From: Lachnospiraceae bacterium
GTDB lineage: Bacteria > Bacillota > Clostridia > Lachnospirales > Lachnospiraceae
Reading direction: 5' to 3'
NCBI GenBank assembly: GCA_024685315.1
Contig: JAIKVW010000020.1
Span: 7,385 to 71,384, forward strand
Length of the DNA: 64,000 nucleotides
A model generated the notes under the pieces. The model was not told where the DNA came from. It did no database searches and was given only the letters and a program-made list of their open reading frames with translations. The translations under genes were made by a program, and so were the position numbers. The first letter of the stretch is position 1. Every line of letters starts with the position of its first letter. Of this stretch, positions 60,498-64,000 are shown piece by piece.

Positions 60498-62016
60498 GGA
60501 TCGCGGTGCCGGTATAAAGGAGCTTTTTCATCAGATCCGGATTCTGCTCGAATTTCGCGCGGTTTCCTTCCTTTACAATGTCGTACCTTGCCGCAGCCCA
60601 GGTATCCTCGTCAAAATTCGCGACTTTCTTCCCGAGCTCCTTGCACTCCCAGGGCTCTTCCGCCTTCAGTATCGCGGTATAGATCGCGGGATCATGGAAA
60701 AGCCTTGCCTTCTGCGCCATCATATACTGCTCAACATGCAGGTACTCAAAATCATCTATCGTAAATTTGCGCCTGAACCAGTTGGAGAAGCAGCCGTTCT
60801 CTTCACTCTCTTTCCAGAAGAACACGAAGGGGCTCTGCTTCACCGGCCGGTGCATGTACATATACTTTATCTCCCAGTCCGGGTCATAATACGAACTGCG
60901 CGCACTCATCCGGCAGCCCATGCAGAGGTCGTCCGCGATCTCAAGGATCACCTCGGATATCTCCAGGTCTTTCTTCCATTTATCCTCTATCGCCTCGTAT
61001 CCAAGCAGCGCGCCGAGGATATTTCCTGTCACCGCGCCGGTGGAATCGCTGTCGCCGCGGTGGTTTACAGCCGCACGTAAACCTTCTGAAAAGTCATCCT
61101 GGTGCCGGAGCGCGCAGTAGATCGCGATCCCGAGAGTCTCCTCCGCTACCCAGCCCTGTCCGAGCTTATGAATATTATCAAGATCATCCTCCGAACCGTT
61201 CTCCGAGAGATCCACCGCGAGATCAATGATCCCGACAAGCTCCGGAAGGTTCGGGTCCCCCGCAAATATTTTCGCAGCGGTATCCCTCGCCTCAAGCACG
61301 ATCTCTTTAAGCGGCAGCCGCTCTCCTTCCGGGAAAACAATACGGTTTATGATATGCACCAGCACTGCTGCCGGCATGTAGCCCAGGGAATGTCCGTGGG
61401 TGACCGCCGCGAGCTCGGCGCCCTCCATGTCGAGCATCTCAATATCCGGTATCTCCCGGCCGGGCTTATAATCAACCGCGATCGGCGCGACGCGCATGAT
61501 CCCGCCGCAGCCCTTGCTGCTATTGCGCTTTGCCTCCACATAATCATCAAATGTCTCCCCGCTATTCTCCTTCATGAGCGCGGACAGGCAGGTGGTCCCG
61601 GGAGCCCTGCGTGAAAAAAGCTCCGGAACGTCGAGGAGCCATGAGTAACCTCCCTCTTCAGAAAACCTTTCATGGCGGTTTACCTCTTCAAATGAAAGCT
61701 CCTGGGTCTTCAGCCAGTCAAGATAAGCCATGGCAACGTAGGCCCTCGGATTCCCCATTACCCCCCGCATCTTCCTGCGGGTATCACCGACCAGAAGCCC
61801 GTTCGCAGTGAAAAGGCTCATCTGCGTGTCGTCCGAGATATGCGCCTTCCCGGATGCCGGATCAAGCTCGTAGCGCGAGATCCCCTCCGGGCCGTATAGA
61901 TTAAAGATCTCTTCCTCTCCGAAAAATTCCACGGGGTATCCGAGCGCGTCGCCAGCCGCTCCGCCGAAAATGCATCCCCTTATGGCGTCAAGATAATCTT
62001 CTCTCTTCATGATCAT
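60445..62016 (-). CDS. N-terminal part of the same frameshifted gene: ADP-ribosylglycohydrolase domain plus most of a NADAR (YbiA/DUF1768) domain
   Basis: ARH blocks [45 protein letters not shown] blocks FSNWF...[14 protein letters not shown]...[27 protein letters not shown], after which the frame is lost. Likely start is ATG 62016 (ATGA overlap with the ybaK stop) or ATG 62010 (6 nt after GAGGAA). Confidence 0.8.
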   Translation of the reverse strand: MIMKREDYLDAIRGCIFGGAAGDALGYPVEFFGEEEIFNLYGPEGISRYELDPASGKAHISDDTQMSLFTANGLLVGDTRRKMRGVMGNPRAYVAMAYLDWLKTQELSFEEVNRHERFSEEGGYSWLLDVPELFSRRAPGTTCLSALMKENSGETFDDYVEAKRNSSKGCGGIMRVAPIAVDYKPGREIPDIEMLDMEGAELAAVTHGHSLGYMPAAVLVHIINRIVFPEGERLPLKEIVLEARDTAAKIFAGDPNLPELVGIIDLAVDLSENGSEDDLDNIHKLGQGWVAEETLGIAIYCALRHQDDFSEGLRAAVNHRGDSDSTGAVTGNILGALLGYEAIEDKWKKDLEISEVILEIADDLCMGCRMSARSSYYDPDWEIKYMYMHRPVKQSPFVFFWKESEENGCFSNWFRRKFTIDDFEYLHVEQYMMAQKARLFHDPAIYTAILKAEEPWECKELGKKVANFDEDTWAAARYDIVKEGNRAKFEQNPDLMKKLLYTGTAILAEASPKKQDLGDRPGR

Positions 62017-62498
62017 TTCCTCGTAATGTCCGCCCACTCGCCCTGGCTCGCGGCCTTAAGGTCTTCCGGCTTCAGGTTTATCTGACACCCGATCCGCCCC
62101 GCGCTGACGTAGATATCATCAAGTCCCTGCGCTTCACCGGCGATCCTCACCGGGTACTGCTTCTTCATGCCGATGGCGGTGCAGCCCCCGCGGACATAGC
62201 CGGTAACGTTCTTGATGTCCTTCACATGTATCATTTCCACGCTCTTCTCGCCGACGCTCCTCGCGGCCTTTTTGAGGTCGAGCTCCTCGTCGATCGGGAT
62301 CACGAATACGAAATATCCCTTGCCGGCGCCCTGGCATACGAGAGTCTTGTAAACCTTCTCGTGCGGGAGTCCGAGCGCGTCCGCGGTCTTGCCGCCGTCC
62401 TCAAACTCTCCGCATTCATACGACTGCGCTGTATAATTGATCCCAAGCCCGTCGAGTATCCTCATGGCGTTGGTCCTTACTTCCTTCTGTTTTGACAT
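62013..62498 (-). CDS. ybaK: Cys-tRNA(Pro)/Cys-tRNA(Cys) deacylase YbaK
   Basis: 161-aa ORF. TNAMRILD start, KTLVCQG and GYVRGGCTAIGMKK blocks. Confidence 0.85.
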   Translation of the reverse strand: MSKQKEVRTNAMRILDGLGINYTAQSYECGEFEDGGKTADALGLPHEKVYKTLVCQGAGKGYFVFVIPIDEELDLKKAARSVGEKSVEMIHVKDIKNVTGYVRGGCTAIGMKKQYPVRIAGEAQGLDDIYVSAGRIGCQINLKPEDLKAASQGEWADITRK

Positions 62499-63031
62499 TA
62501 TTTCTCTCCTGATGCAAGGTATTCGGCGGCCATATCGTGCCAGACCCCGCCGCCCCAGACCGATCTGGATATGCCGAGGTCCTTAAAGCCCATTTTCCGG
62601 TACATCTCTATCTTCTCTTCGTGGCAGGTCAGTATCGCCTTCCCGGAAGCCGCCCTCCGCTTGTACTCCCTCTCCAGGAAAATGCGCACCAGCGCTTTCG
62701 CGAGCCCCCGACCGCGGTATTCCGGAAGGACGTCCAGCCCGAGCAGCATCACGTTCTTCCCCGCGGGGTCGTAAAGCTCCGCGTCGGTAAAGAATTCGTC
62801 GCGGAAGACTTCTTCATCCGTAGATAATCCGTTAAGAAATCCCGCGAGACGGCCGGCCGCCTTATCCTCCGCCACCAGGAACAGCTCCGGAGCTTTGCGG
62901 ACCCGGGCCGCCATATGCTCCGGGGAGCAGGCCTCATTCGGCGGAAAGCATATTTTCTCTATCTCGATCGCCTGGTCCTCCTCCTCCGGGCGTATGTCCC
63001 GGAACTCAAAAAGATCCTGTATATTATTCAT
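62498..63031 (-). CDS. GNAT N-acetyltransferase
   Basis: 177-aa ORF. LDVLPEYRGRGLAKALV acetyl-CoA binding loop. Confidence 0.75.
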   Translation of the reverse strand: MNNIQDLFEFRDIRPEEEDQAIEIEKICFPPNEACSPEHMAARVRKAPELFLVAEDKAAGRLAGFLNGLSTDEEVFRDEFFTDAELYDPAGKNVMLLGLDVLPEYRGRGLAKALVRIFLEREYKRRAASGKAILTCHEEKIEMYRKMGFKDLGISRSVWGGGVWHDMAAEYLASGEK

Positions 63032-63069
63032 TAATGTTTTCCCTCTTTTTATATGCAGAAAACGCAGTC

Positions 63070-63627
63070 TCAGTCCTTCAGAAATTCGACCTTCCCGGTC
63101 TCAATATCGTACATGGCCCCTACGACTGAAAGCCCTTTCGCCTCGTCCTTTCTGATCGAAACGCTGCTCTCGATGAGCGCTATGCTGCGCTTCACGTTAA
63201 GGCACCCGGCCTTATAGGGGTCGCGCTCCGCACCGATAGCGGCCTGGATCTCGTCCGTAATGAACTTGATATATCCTTCCGGGTCATGATTTATCGCAGC
63301 GTCCACCGCGCCGCAGCAGGTATGTCCCAGCACGACGACCAGGTTCGTCCCGAGATGGTCCGCGGCATATTCAATGCTTCCGAGCTGGTGATTGTCGATC
63401 ACGTTCCCTGCGACCCTGATCACGAAAAGGTCACCGATCCCGCAGTTAAATATTGCCTCGGGGATCACCCTCGAATCGGAGCAGGTGATGATTACCGCGA
63501 AGGGGGTCTGCCCGCACCGCGCGGTCTTCAGGCGGACCGCCGGGGAGATATCCCCGATCGCACTGCGTGATCCCTGATATTCTTCATTTCCTCTTATGAG
63601 CCTAAGCATGGCTTCGTCTTTATCCAT
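63070..63627 (-). CDS. Beta-class carbonic anhydrase
   Basis: 185-aa ORF. Zinc ligands in ITCSDSRV and LGHTCCGAV. Confidence 0.85.
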   Translation of the reverse strand: MDKDEAMLRLIRGNEEYQGSRSAIGDISPAVRLKTARCGQTPFAVIITCSDSRVIPEAIFNCGIGDLFVIRVAGNVIDNHQLGSIEYAADHLGTNLVVVLGHTCCGAVDAAINHDPEGYIKFITDEIQAAIGAERDPYKAGCLNVKRSIALIESSVSIRKDEAKGLSVVGAMYDIETGKVEFLKD

Positions 63628-63640
63628 AGTTTTCCTCTCC

Positions 63641-64000
63641 TCACAGATCCTCGATGTCTACGACCGAGAATCCGGCCTCCGCCGCCATTGCCGCATAGAC
63701 CCCTTTCCCGGGAACCTTTCTCCCGGAAAAGCTTCCGTCATAAACCTCTTTTACCCCGCAGCTCGGGCTACGGGACTGGAGCACGATGAGGTCAGGCATC
63801 TCCTCCCGGGCTATCTCCAGCGCTTCTGCCGCGCCGGCCCGGAACTCACGGTCCACCGAAACGCCCTCACGGTTCGTGACATTTCCGTTTACGATCTCAG
63901 AAGGAACGCGCGGCACCGGCAGCCCTCCGAGGACCTCCGGGCACACGGTCACGACCTGGGCATTATTCCTCTCGATGAACTCAAGGAGCTTCTCGGAAAG
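63641..64000 (-). CDS. DUF523 family protein (partial; 5' end beyond the right edge)
   Basis: VCPEVLGGLPVPRVPSE motif. The reading frame stays open upstream of the track ATG (…LSEKLLEFIERNNAQVVTVCPE) to base 64000. Confidence 0.7.
   Translation of the reverse strand, partial: LSEKLLEFIERNNAQVVTVCPEVLGGLPVPRVPSEIVNGNVTNREGVSVDREFRAGAAEALEIAREEMPDLIVLQSRSPSCGVKEVYDGSFSGRKVPGKGVYAAMAAEAGFSVVDIEDL

Noticed and set aside
60115-61080. 321-aa + strand ORF
   Set aside because: Antisense to the ARH-NADAR-Macro gene. Shadow ORF.
1-64000. CRISPR arrays, tRNA, rRNA and prophage structural genes
   Set aside because: I saw no regularly spaced direct repeats, no cloverleaf-like or rRNA-like stretches in the intergenic regions, and no capsid, tail or integrase genes. 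The only mobile-element signature is the IS1182 transposase.

Overview
This 64-kb chromosomal window probably comes from a Gram-positive anaerobe of the class Clostridia. That assignment is an inference from gene content (split L-serine dehydratase, EtfAB, Hsp33, YlmH, SLH-like repeats, TagF-type wall-polymer genes, a sigma-54 activator), not a database result. I support about 60 protein-coding genes, nearly all on the minus strand and tightly packed. I found no rRNA, tRNA or CRISPR array.

Content from left to right:
- 1-8874: a teichoic-acid-like wall-polymer locus. It holds two TagF-family genes, one a 1433-aa double-TagF/HAD giant, plus an unusual GatZ-like / cytidylyltransferase / GatD-like trio.
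- 8.9-13.5 kb: a clostripain-like peptidase, L,D-transpeptidase and unknown-protein operon.
- 13.5-33.6 kb: housekeeping genes (etfBA, hslO, ldh, sdaAB/AA, a GntR-pyridoxal kinase fusion, MscS, thpR, NUDIX, bcp).
- 33767-37662: a two-gene operon encoding a tandem-TIR/Sel1/TPR protein and a Macro-HTH protein. This is my best candidate for an undescribed, Thoeris-like NAD/ADP-ribose signalling or defence module.
- 37.9-45.6 kb: pyrG with a leader hairpin, then a cobalamin nucleotide-loop cluster (cbiB-cobQ-cobT-cobU-cobS-cobU-like-cobC) with no visible riboswitch.
- 45.6-48.2 kb: a rearrangement scar made of diverged fragments of three genes that also occur intact elsewhere in the window, followed by an IS1182-like transposase carrying one in-frame TAA.
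- 48.2-52.4 kb: an A/T-richer MFS / CocE-NonD hydrolase / GntR cassette bracketed by inverted copies of one terminator hairpin.
- 52.4-59.3 kb: glmS, then a sigma-54-dependent CitMHS / DUF1446 / DUF4387 operon with a textbook -24/-12 promoter and an upstream palindrome.
- 59.8-62.0 kb: an ADP-ribosylglycohydrolase-NADAR-Macro triple fusion broken by a frameshift in an A6 run.
- 62.0-64.0 kb: ybaK, a GNAT, a beta-carbonic anhydrase and a partial DUF523 gene.

All family calls rest on motif recognition from memory. None was checked against a database.
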